From the NCBI RefSeq assembly GCF_009914755.1, contig NC_060925.1: DNA of 64,000 nucleotides. The stretch is one strand, 5' to 3'. The DNA comes from the human T2T-CHM13v2.0 reference genome, Homo sapiens. The notes under the pieces were generated by a model, which was given only the letters and a program-made list of their open reading frames with translations, was not told the DNA's origin and did no database searches. Shown in pieces: positions 52,238 through 64,000 of this stretch. Each line of letters opens with the position of its first letter. The stretch's first letter is position 1. Both the position numbers and the translations under genes were made by a program.

Positions 52238-54125
52238 CGGGTTGAGTATCCCTTGTTTGAAATGCTTGGGACCAGAAGTGTTCCAGATATCGAATATTTG
52301 TTTTTGGATTTTGGAATATTTGCATATACGTAATGAGATATCTTAAATATGAGACCCAAGTTTAAACAAAAAATTCATTTGTTTCATATACACTTTCTAT
52401 ACATAGCCTGAAGGTAATTTTATACAATATTTTAAAATAATTTTGTGCATAAAACAAAGTTTGTGTACAGTGAACCAGCAGAAAGCAAAGATGTTGCTAT
52501 CTCAGCCACCCATGTGGACAAACTGTGGTTGTTTGGCGTCACCATTATTCCTGACTCTAAATATATTTGCTACCAATAAGCAACCACTTTCTTGTACTTA
52601 CTCATACATAAATTCTTAACAGTAAATTATATGTCAAATCATTAACACAGTGAAAAAAATATGCATCCAGGGTAACTAAGGAGCACAGTAGCATCCCCAA
52701 AATACCTGTATCAACTGTTAAACAGCAACAACAAACAATGGCAGTCTCCACCTATGATGCTGTGTTTTAATTAAAAGTGTACTATACACTGTATTTTATT
52801 TTATTTTTTCAGTTGAGAAGAAACATCAGAAGCAGTTGATGAATCAGAAAGTGAGTCTTCTAGGGATAAGGAGACACTCTGCTAAATGGCTTTTTTAAAT
52901 GTTTCCTCCAGAGTCATCTGCCTCATTAACGACAGTTTTTTCTCAGAAGTCTCTATTTGATTTTATAAACTGACATGATTTCTTGTTTTGTTATGATTGC
53001 AGACTGAGCTAGTCCTTCCATAAGCCCATCACACATCTTCATCATGTTGTTTTTAGGCACATTTTCAGCAGGGTTATCAATGTTATCTTCATTGTCATTA
53101 TTATCACAATCACCTTGATTTAGAGCCATTTTGGCTGTTTCACTGTTGGTAATGAACAACTGGAGCCTCATTATTGATATTCACTTCTTCCAGCTTACTG
53201 ATGGACTCTGAACGTATAATTTTTGCATATTGAAGGTATAATTTTGCATATTTCAGGAGGTCAGATATCATTTTTTCTCAACTGGTGTGCAGAATCCTCC
53301 AAAATCACCACTTGTTCATCATCACTGAACATAATTCTTCATGCTCAACTCCTTTTGAAAACCTTCTACCCCCACGCCTCTGTTCATTGCTGCTAGCATG
53401 CTGTTCAAGAAATTGTTTTTATATTTATGCTTCATTGGTCTAAGGATACGCTGGTCACATGGCTGAATTAATAAGGTCACTTGTAGGGGAAAGTGCATAG
53501 CATAAATTATTTTTGGTGAGAATTGCAGCTGAAGGATGAGCAGAACAGATGTCAAGGAATAACAAAATCTTGCAGTCATCATCTAGTCCAATTCCCTGCA
53601 GTGAGCACAAACCCCTGGTACAAAATGTTTGTGAAACCAATCAGAAAAGATGTCCCCAGTGATCTATGCCTTTTTGTGTGCATAATAATGGACTGGTGAG
53701 AATTCATTCCTTGAAAAAAACAAAAACGCAAGCTTTTGCCTATTACAGCAAGTTTACACTTAAGTGTGCCTGTTGCATTAGCACATCCCAGCACAGTTAT
53801 TCTGTCCTTGGCAGCCTTAATTCCCATAGGTTCTGTCTCATCAACTGTAGTCAGTGTCTTTCTGAGGCAATAACCCCAAAACAGTGATGTCTTATCAGTA
53901 TTGTAGATTTGTTTTGACATGAGGCTATCGTTAGTAATGACGCTGGCAAATTTGTTAATGAATCTTCCCTTGAGAACACTGAATAAATGTTTTATCCATC
54001 TGCATTTTGACTGTGACCAATTACACGGAGTCGGGTGTAGGATTTTTTACTTGTGGCATCATGTTGGTCTTAAAAGTTTTGGATATTGGAGCATTTCAGA
54101 TTTCAGATTAGAGATGCTCAACCTG
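52238..54125 (-). mobile_element. Tigger4 (Zombi) DNA transposon, internally deleted
   Basis: TA-flanked TIRs CGGGTTGAGTATCCC and GATGCTCAACCTG; pogo DDE remnants QIYNTDKTSLFW...KDRITVLGCANATG and LIQPCDQRI. Confidence 0.92.
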
Positions 54126-54199
54126 TATCATATTCATTATCATATTTAGTACATTGTATTATGATGCTGTTTCCTCACTTGTGAACAGGAGATAATAAA

Positions 54200-54445
54200 T
54201 ATTTTGTGGCTCTGGTTGGCTTCCATGGATTCCATGGCAGAAATAGATAGAACTTCAGGGTCTTATGGGATATTTTGAAACACATGGTCTCTTACTACTT
54301 TACATCACTACACACACATACAGTGGACCAGAACTCAGTCACATGGCTCCAACCTAATGACAAGTACAAAGAAGGCTGAAATACAGACTTTATGTGTACC
54401 CAGGAAAAGAAAACTACGGTGAACATGCAACATTATCTCCACTAA
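54200..54445. mobile_element. Old MLT1 LTR fragment
   Basis: CAGAACTCAGTCACATGGCTCCAACCTAA...AGGCTGAAATA...GTGTACCCAGGAAAAGAA...GGTGAACA. Confidence 0.55.
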
Positions 54446-54479
54446 ATATTATTATTAATGTCCTCTTTTTAATTACTAT

Positions 54480-54655
54480 TTTTTCACTAGCATGTAAACT
54501 CCTAAAGTACAGTTTTCAACTTTTTTCATCTGTTTTGTTTCTCTAGTTCTTTACACAATATGAAGCACATGGCAAGCACTCTATAAATGTTTATTAAGTG
54601 ACGGACTAACTCATTGACTGGATGAATGAGTGACTCACTGACTCACCGAATAAAT
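54480..54655 (+). mobile_element. L2 3' end
   Basis: CTAGCATGTAAACTCC...GCACATGGCAAGCACTCTATAAATGTTTATTAAGTGA followed by TGAA-like repeats. Confidence 0.65.
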
Positions 54656-54678
54656 GGTTGATTGTCTGAAGTGTACTA

Positions 54679-54748
54679 TCAGGTTGATGCAAAAGTAATT
54701 GCCATGACTTAAATGGCAAAACCCGCTCTTACTTTTGCGCCAGCCTAT
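54679..54748. mobile_element. MADE1 (Hsmar1 MITE), imperfect palindrome with small deletion
   Basis: TCAGGTTGATGCAAAAGTAATTGC...AATGGCAAAACCCGCTCTTACTTTTGCGCCAGCCTA. Confidence 0.88.
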
Positions 54749-54796
54749 AACAATGCTAAGCCTTGAATGTAACGTCGCTGCCAAACAAATACTTCC

Positions 54797-55343
54797 ACTG
54801 GGGGACAATTCTTCATGGATTTCTCACATTTCTACACATCTTGCAAGTAAGTCACCAGCTGCCCTTTGTTCTGGACTATTAGTTCAAGTGTACTCACATA
54901 GCAAACAGCCTTGGAATATAATGTCTCCCTCCAGGCCTAAGAGACAGTTTGCTTATGGCCTTGTAAGATAAATGTAATATTCTGAAGCAAAGGGCAGGTA
55001 TAATTACTATTCAGCATAATAAAGGTAATGTCTTACTTGAGAGCAAAATGAAAGTATACTTACTACCCTTTATAAAAAATTCAGGCACCCAAAGCTCAGA
55101 ATTCCTTCCCTATAATACAATGCTCTGTATGTACTGATATCATTTGGCTCTCTTTGCATCACCCTGTGAGAATGAAGACTCAGAGAATCAGCACAAAGTG
55201 CAGATACTCTGGCTACTGCTATTGAGGTGAATAATAAATTGCCCTTCAAATCTGACTCAGGAGTCTCATGTCTTCTGCCAGCATCCATGAAACTTGTTAA
55301 CTTGTAAATAGAGTAAAATCTGAGACCTTTCACAGCTCTTAAC
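54797..55343 (+). mobile_element. Solo LTR of an old ERV (MER76/LTR47-like, family uncertain)
   Basis: ACAATTCTTCATGGATTTCTCACATTTCTACACATCTTGC...CTCTGGCTACTGCTATTG...AATAAA...CAGGAGTCTCATGTCTTCTGCCAGC...CTTAACA. Confidence 0.65.
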
Positions 55344-56748
55344 ACCTCCTTTCACTAGAAATGTACATCGTTTATATAATGTTCATTTTGCTTTTAGTTT
55401 GATTTGATTTGCATGATCTTGTACAAAAAGCTAAAATCCAGCTCCAAAAAAAGTTTTGCACATCTCTGCTTGTTTTAATATTTGTTTTTCAAATAAATGT
55501 AAAAACATCTTCCTGTAGTTTATTTACCCCCCAAAACTCATTTTGTTATTGATGTAAAAAACTTATCATGTTGATGACAATTATATATGTTTTAGATCTC
55601 ATGAAAGCTGTTGATGTCATTTCTTCCCCTCACTAAAATTACAAAGGTTCCTGTTCACAAAAGGCATTAGCAGACATTCCAATTAGAATGATCTAACATA
55701 CAAGAGGATTTGTTAATACGTGGCATGTTCCAAGCAGTTTGGAATGTTTCAGAATGACTTTGTGCCTCCCTTTTGTTCCGGTGAACAAAATCTTTGCTAG
55801 AGTGCAGGTGTGTTCCTGAGATGGTCATCCTTGAAGGAAACAAGCACTGTGCCAGGAGCCAGTGGAAGCATTTTTTTTTTCAATTTCCCATGGGGAAAAT
55901 CTAATGGAATGGTAAGTCACTTGTAAAGCCAGATCAAAGCAATGCATTAATGCCTGGATTTGTACCATTCCTTGTCCTCTTAGACGCCCACTAGTTTGTC
56001 TTTTGCTACAAGCTACCTGCTGGAGCAGAAGAGTCAAAATTTAAAAGTACGTATTTCTGAAGGGTCAAATGAGTTTTCCATTGACTGACACTAAGGAATT
56101 CTCAGTCTACAAGGAGTTCTTCAACACTGATTTTTCACAGGATCTTATAGAAGGAAGCCTTTCTCTGTGGTCTTAATAGAGATGGAAATATTCAAGCTGC
56201 TGCCTGTGAGAGTAGCTTGAATAGAAGAGGAATGGTGTTGTCTTCCCTGTGCCACTGGCAGGCAAGACTAAAAGCACAGTGATTTTTCTGGTAGTTACTA
56301 CAGTGACTTTACGGTAGTTTGTAATAGAGAAACAATTTCCCTCCAATTAATGGAAGAATTTTAATGGATTCATCTATTTGTTAATTTTCAGCAATGGCAA
56401 TGTTGTTTTCCTAAAGGAAATTAAATCAAAGCAACCGTTAAACCCTAGTATTTTGAGCATTCTGAAAAACTTTTTTCTCTTTTCATTCAAATAAGAATCA
56501 TGCATCTATGATATCCAAAAAGGCTCAGAAAGGAACAGCCAGTTTAATTTTCCACATATTAGGTTTCCTAGCTGGCATAAAAAAACATGTTTTCGTCAAC
56601 ATCTTTTGTTGCTTCAAGGCACCATAAAATGGAAAAAAAAACACAAATAGTAAAGACAAACTATAGTGCCTTATCTCTGAATTTGCTTTTAAAACTAATA
56701 TACATATAATATACATGCATACATAATATACATGCATTTATATAAATG

Positions 56749-56776
56749 CATGTGTGTGTGTGTGTGTGTGTGTGTG
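56749..56776. repeat. (TG)n microsatellite
   Basis: About 13 TG units. Confidence 0.95.
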
Positions 56777-58839
56777 TATGGTACACATAAGCATATTGAT
56801 CTTCAACAGCAGGAGCCATTCACAAGCTGAAATACTGTCTCCTTCACTTTCTGTGTGGTTTAAACCCGGCTGCTAGCAAGCATACCTAATTCCTTACCAA
56901 GTACTAGAAGACAATGATATTTTGATGTCACTCAAGGATAATGCCTAGTAAACCACTGTAAAATTGTATTAAGAGGTCTAAACAAAATCCCTCATTTAGA
57001 ATTGAAGTGAGATTACTGAACTGTCTTTTTTTACATGTCTTTCTCCATTTGCACAAATGTGCTCTTTGAAAGCTGATTGGGAGCAATGTGTCTGTGTACC
57101 TGGCAAGGGAGGCAAAGGACATGGTGAGGAAAATGAGATCTCAGATCGTCTTCTAAAGCCTACATACCAGACAATTGCTCACAGCTTTATTTTTCTTTAT
57201 AGCTACCACTCAATACAAGTTATTTTGGGGGGATCTTCATTTATTTACTTATGTAAGTAATATATATTTACTGTAGAAGAGCTAGAATACATAGAAAAGT
57301 AAACATACTACCCCCCAAAAAATTTGATTATCTTACCACCAGAGATAGCCATTGCTACGTGGTGGCATAATAAGAGTTATCAAATTTTTAAGTAGTTACA
57401 GAGTGGCTGCAGCTGCATACTCTAGAAAATTCGAGGCCTCACCTGCAAACACACCTCCCTATTGATTCACTCCTTGATTTTCCTTTCCCTTTTTTGTTTC
57501 CTCAACCCTTCCCCGACTCCTGCTACCTCCTGATATCAGAAAAATGTTGTCCCTCTGAGTATGCAGCAATAGCCATTCTCACTGTAGGCCCATTGGCTCA
57601 AAGTTCTGCTCTTCATCATAGATCCAGCCTGGTGATGAGAGAACCAGGACCTTCCTATGGGGCTAAGTGAATGGACATTCTCTTGTCATCTTTACAAATC
57701 CATGACTTTCCTCTGTTCAGAGATTTGGTAGAATGGCAACCTACTTTATATGGGTGACTGACATTCAAGAATTTGCTTTCTGCTTCCAATTCCCTCTTAG
57801 TAACCCTAGACAGATAGATACACATCAACACATATACCAACCACTGTGTCCCACAGCAACTTTGGCTCAAAGCAGATGGTGGTGCCAGACAGGAGAGATG
57901 AGTAGGTCAAACTCAACTCCTCTGGTTTTGGGGTTGTGTTCAAGTGAGGCTTGTCTTCCCATCGTGTAGTCATCCTGTGTCAGGCATATGGGCTGCTTCT
58001 AAACTGTCAGTGTTGTGAGCCCCATTGTTGCTACCTTTTCCCTCCAACTTCATGTCTCACCCCCTCCTCCATCAGGGGATATGTCTTCAGTTTGAATAAC
58101 TGAGCCAGGAGTTTCTCTTTAGCATCCAAAGCTAGGAAATCAATGGTTCAGGACAAGCTGAACTGGAGTCAACACCACCTTATATTGCTATGCTGTGGCT
58201 CTGCATTTTCCATTAAGGCACACATAACAACAGATTTGCCTGTTTAACAACAACAAAAAAATGCTTCCTGGCCAGGCAGCCCAACATTCAGCTTCAACTT
58301 TTCCCTGGTCAAGGTGACTTGTCTCAATTTATCCTTACATATCATGGCTAGCAAAGGCAATGCCCTGCCCTGCTTAACCCCACTATAAGCTCTGCTTTGG
58401 AGCAGTTCCCATTATACTGGCAAAGTTACTATGCCAGGAAAGCAGCAGACAGGAGGAAGCTGGTCAGAGCCCTGGACTGGGCCATCTGTCACTTTGGTGC
58501 CAGAGTCACTGCACAGGCAACACGCTGATCTCTCCTAACTAACCTTTGAAAGCAAGGTGATCACACCCTAAGTACCTAGTAACTTAGGTACTATTCTATA
58601 AAAAATTAGTTCCAACCTAAAACTCTACCTATAGAACATGATCTTGTCTTTAGAAAATGTACGATCTGTTTTTGTTGATGTTTCTAATGAATGTATCACC
58701 AACACTACTACCATAGATCTTAATTAGATACCTTTGTACTTTACCGCTCTAAAGACAATAATTGAAATGGATGAAATATGCAGGGAGTTTATACAGGACT
58801 CCAAAGTGTCACTGTTGTCCATGAATATTGAAGCAGATC

Positions 58840-59235
58840 TGGAAACAGATAAGCCCAGGCACAGATATCAGCTCTGTCACCTAGCAGTTCTTGGACATTG
58901 ATTAAGGTTCAGATTCAATATCCACATCTGTGTCACCTACTATTTCTTGGATATTGGTCAAGGTTCAAATTCAGTTTCCACATCTATAAAATAAGGATAA
59001 TAATAACCATAAGCAACAAGCAATGAGTTCTTGCTGTGTCCCAAACACCGTGCTGATTGTTTTATACCCACCTTGTCATTCAATTCTCACAGCAAGCTTA
59101 CAAATTAGACACTGTTGTAATACTCATTTTTACAAAGGAGGATACTGAGGTTCAGAGAGGTTGTTTCCTCACAAGAATCAATGTGAAGATTAAATGAAAT
59201 AAAATAGTGAAGTGTTTCACACACTGTTTGGCAAC
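58840..59235. mobile_element. MIR fragments in both orientations, with a degenerate ~57-bp tandem duplication at 58875-58988
   Basis: CAGTTTCCACATCTATAAAATAAGGATAATAATA; GGATACTGAGGTTCAGAGAGGTT; GTGAAGATTAAATGAAATAA. Confidence 0.7.
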
Positions 59236-59542
59236 AGTTATTACTGCTGCTGCTGTCATCATCTATATTAATTACCTTCCCCAAATTGGCTTTTAATACT
59301 TTAGTCCAGTTGCATACTCATGTCACACTCTCTTCTTTCCTCTCTCCCAGACATCACTTTATAAGTTTTTCCCTTCCCTTTCTCTATCAAACCTCCCTTT
59401 AACTCACTGGGAATGAGATGATCAGTATCTGTGAAACAGAAACTGTAACTCGCGTGTTTCAGCTTCACGTTCTTAAGATAAGACACCTTTTCTCTTAATT
59501 AAATATGGTAAATACTTAAACTCTTAAGCTGATGTATTTTCT

Positions 59543-59864
<322 letters not shown>

Positions 59865-60147
59865 GTATTTTGTTTCTTAATTTATGGATCTATCAGACAA
59901 GCCTTTACTTAGGCAAAGTTGACAGTCCTCCTGAGTTTTAGTATTTATTTTTCTGATTACTCAATTTATACAAAATTCAAACATGACTGAAGTAATTAAC
60001 TTTGAAAAGGAAAATTTTCCACCAAAAAATCCATCTTCTAGAGATAACCACTGATAATAGAATGTAACATATCCCTTCATCTTTTTTTATGTATATGCTT
60101 ATCTATTATTATTGCTATTATTTATTTTTACACAAACATACCTGTAT

Positions 60148-60463
<316 letters not shown>

Positions 60464-61269
60464 TTATTCTTTGTAATGACTGTATAGAATTCTATTGTGG
60501 GACTATACATAATAATACATGTAATTCTTATTTACCTGTTAGGAAATCAAGCATCTCTGAAGCACTAACATACACACAGTATACACACATACACACTCTC
60601 TCATAGATGAAATAGCCCCCATGTGCTTGTTATTATTGCCAGGAAACTATTATTATCTTTTCACTATTAAAATACTTTATTTGTGGATGTGTTCTGTTCA
60701 AATGCAGGTAGCTTCAGTCAGTAACTCGATAAGTGACTAATACTGAAGCTTGGTATCTGGAAGAATTGAAGAAAGAAGACAGAAAAGGGAAATGGAGGGA
60801 ACAAAACAGATACCTTGGCCATTATAATTGTCTTCTGAGCAGTTGTTTACATTAGTATTATGTTTTTTATGTTTTCATCTCTAGGGCACCAGGTGGCTCT
60901 TTCTACAGTCATCTAAGTGCATCACTCAGTAGTTGATGCCACCCCCCAGGCTACTTTAAGGAAATTTTTCTTAGGCATCACAGTGAGCTGGTAATCCTAG
61001 TGAAAATGTGCTATCTTTAGATATAAAGGAGATGCTACCTGTATACCTACAACACAGACTGAATGTCCATACATCAGGGAGCAGTTGTGAAAGGTACTCA
61101 AGGAATAAACCCATTGCTTTGATCTCCAGGGCTCTGCTCTCTATGTAAATGAGCTGCTTTGCCTGAGCTCTTTAAGTGAAGTCCCACTCTGGCATCCTAT
61201 ACATTTTATTTTAGCAAGTTGAGAAAATGGTGATGTCTTAAGTACAGAAGATAAATGGACAGTCCAATG

Positions 61270-61440
61270 CTGGGGTGCTCAAGATTTGCCAGTGCTAAGA
61301 ATCACCTAGAATGCTTTTCAGATTGGATTTCTACCTTTCCCTTCAAATACTGGACTAGGGCCTAGGAATCTGCATTCAATAGATTCATCAGGAAATAATA
61401 ATGCAGGTGATTTGTAGACCACACTTTGAAACACACTAAA
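61270..61440. mobile_element. MER5A (hAT-Charlie) remnant
   Basis: AGAATCACCTAGAATGCTT...GGGCCTAGGAATCTGCATT...AGACCACACTTTGAAACACACT. Confidence 0.75.
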
Positions 61441-62719
61441 GGGTCCTGTGCGCAAAGGGGAAGAACAGCAGTATCCTTCATTAAAAAGTTTTGTGTTAAT
61501 TTCTGATTCCCACCATGATGAATAACTAGAATTAAAATTACCCTTTTCATGTAGACACCTGAAAAATTGGACAAAATCTGTTATACAACATTAATTTGTA
61601 CAATGGATAGTGCAGGACTAAGTTCCATGATAAGAGAAGACAGCAGGGTGAGCGCTATGATTACTCTAGTGTTCTGCCTGGAGGCAGTTTCTGGATGTAG
61701 TGCAAGGAGGGGGATCTCACACGGGAAATTATTATTATTGTTAACTATAATCATTATAACTTAAATGTGTCGTGGCTGTGCTAAGAAATCAACAAGACTT
61801 TCATTTCATTCTAATTTGTTAAAATCTCCTAGGAAATAAAAATCATACTTGACGACTATATCTCAGTGTGGAATTCATATTTTGAAGTAAAGCATTTTCT
61901 TTCAAGCATTCACGTTATAAACATAGTTGAAATGACCTCTATTCCTACCATTCTTGAAGAGCAGAAAAATAAAATACAAATCAATAGAAAAAGTACCAAT
62001 ATTTCTATCATTTTATTAACATTAAATATACTGATATTATTAGCTAACTGGTCATTCAGTGTAGCGCAAACAGACATTGAGTGTGTAATCTGTGAACTAT
62101 TCAGGTTTTTATCCTCTTCTTTCCTCGCTCCCTTACTTCCTTCCCTCCTTTCTCTTCTATTTCTCTCTTTCTCTCTCTCTGGATCCCCTCCATTCCCATC
62201 CCTCCCTCTTATGTGATCAAATAGATCAGGAGATATAAAACATGTGAAGATAACACGAGACATCCATCAACATGTTGGTAGTCCTTATAAGGACTTACTT
62301 GATAGACAAAGGACATAAGATGAGTTTTTTTGTTTGTGTGTTCCCATTATCCAATATGTCTTTCCATTATCAAAGCTGACTTTTTAAATTTGCAATGAAT
62401 GACACTAGTGTCAAAAGGTAAGAAAAGTATATTGTAGCATAATAAATCAGTTTAAAAATGTAGTGGTTTGTTTAAAAAAATCTTTTCTACATTTTAATTC
62501 TGAAATTAATCAAGACAAAAAGATACTGTTAGTGAACAAAGCTAACCTGGGCAACTTTTATAATGTGACAAAAAAATGATACGTATGAGTCAGATTAGCT
62601 GGAGTTACTAATGACATTTTTTTAAAAACCATATATTTAAAGTAATTAACTAAGGGACATATAAATATAATTTATTATATTTGTATGTTTAGTATGCAAA
62701 ATGATTCCTATGTAGTTAT

Positions 62720-63285
62720 ACATGACTAGCAATCCTACTCATAGATATTTACAAAAGAAAGATGAAAACTTACATTCATACAAAAACCTGTATGTGAATG
62801 TCTATAGTAGTTGTATTCACAGTCAGCAAAAATTGAAAACAACTAAAATGTCTTTCAGCATGGGCAGAAAGATGAATGGATAAACAAACAGAGTTACATT
62901 CACACAATGAAATACTGCTCAGCAAATAAAATGAACAAATTGCTAATATGCCCAACAACGTGGTGAATCACAAATGCATGATGCTAAATAAAGCCAGATT
63001 CAAAAGGCTACATACCGTACGGCTCCATTTACATGACAAAACTATAGTCACAGAAACAGATCAGGGTTACCTCAGATTAGGAGTTCAGAGAGGTTAATTA
63101 TAAAGAGGCAAGAAGAAATTTGGTGGGAGCAGGGAAGGTGGTGATAGAAGGATAGAATTGTTCTCTATCTAGGTTGTGGTAGTGATTAAACGACTGTATG
63201 CTTTGTCAAACTTATAGAACTGTCACTAAAACTTAGTAAATTTTACTTCACGTAAATTATACTCAATAAACCTGATGAAAAAAAA
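62720..63285 (+). mobile_element. L1MB/MC 3' end
   Basis: AGCAATCCTACTC...AAAACCTGTATGTGAATG...AGCCAGATTCAAAAGGCTACATAC...AAATTATACTCAATAAA plus A-tail. Confidence 0.88.
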
Positions 63286-64000
63286 TAAGATGAAAAAGTA
63301 AGACCAATTTTATTTCCTATATTAATTATTTATCATTTTCAGAATTAAATTTCAATTATAAAACAAATATTAGAAGAATATTATTTGTTTAATCTCTGGT
63401 TTTGACTAATAAATTCCTGGAATTTCTAGATTATTCCAACTGGTATAAAACTTTAGATATGGTTTATTTAACTAAATTCTTGGAATAAAATGAAAAAATA
63501 TCAATTACAATAAGCATATATTATTGGTTTGAGTCTTCAACCAAAGACAATTGTTGGTTCGTCTCTTTGTGTTTTGGCATAACCATCCCCTCAGTGGGGC
63601 AAGAGTTCTATCAGTTCTCTGGACCCACACACAACTGGTAGAAACTCACCCCTATAAGGAGCTCCCCAAAGACAGAATTTAATGAAAAGGAAAAAAGAGG
63701 AACATACTTCAGAACTGCAAGTTGCTGGTGCTTTCACCATGGCAAGCATTTTCTGAATTAATAATCCTAGCCACAATTGTATACCTTCAGGAAAAATACT
63801 ATCACAGTCATTTGATACAATTACTTTGACTTCCAGTTTGATCTTCCAATCTCAATTGCTAAAAAACGTGAAAGTAATTACATTTACTAGTATGACAGGA
63901 TTCATCTGTTTAAGTCATAGGGGCCCAGTATAAGACCCATTTAAGGCTCGCAATTTCACACTATTGGATGGCTTTGGTGTCTAAACATGGCAGAGCCATG

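Noticed and set aside
52953-53920. Possible domesticated TIGD/CENP-B-like gene
   Set aside because: Frameshifted transposase pieces inside a TIR-bounded deleted Tigger4; catalytic motifs degenerate
54679-54748. Hairpin that could be a miR-548-type precursor
   Set aside because: MADE1 copy with a deletion and several stem mismatches; no expression evidence available from sequence
57355-57870. Possible LTR-like insertion after an L1ME fragment
   Set aside because: Could not recognise the family or confirm termini and TSD
61866-62263. 116-117 aa ORFs on both strands
   Set aside because: Driven by low-complexity CT-rich sequence; no recognisable domain
63520-63780. Possible minus-strand exon near CCTTATAG/GGGTGAGT in apparently unique sequence
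   Set aside because: Splice-like motifs do not define a coherent exon and no recognisable protein; needs transcript data

Overview
Primate (human-like), AT-rich, repeat-dense genomic DNA. I can support no protein-coding exon, RNA gene or CRISPR array. Content: a 5.57-kb deleted HERV-H provirus (6505-12073, minus strand, LTR7s, tRNA-His PBS, AAGGC TSD); a ~26-kb stack of nested minus-strand L1s (22190-48270) including a near full-length L1PA7/8; and Alus, MIR/L2, solo LTRs, Tigger4, MADE1 and MER5A. The main unexplained structure is a ~3.5-kb inverted duplication (4610-13643 vs 43821-47517) around a ~30-kb spacer. Only the left arm carries the HERV-H, the right arm keeps the exact empty site, and arm identity is patchy in a way that suggests gene conversion. 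It is a candidate invertible segment that could relocate and flip a HERV-H/LTR7 promoter. The window also holds three locally templated insertion scars, a probable L1 3' transduction and an open L1 ORF0 homologue. All alignments and difference counts were done by eye, and repeat subfamily names are from memory of consensus sequences, so both need RepeatMasker/alignment confirmation.
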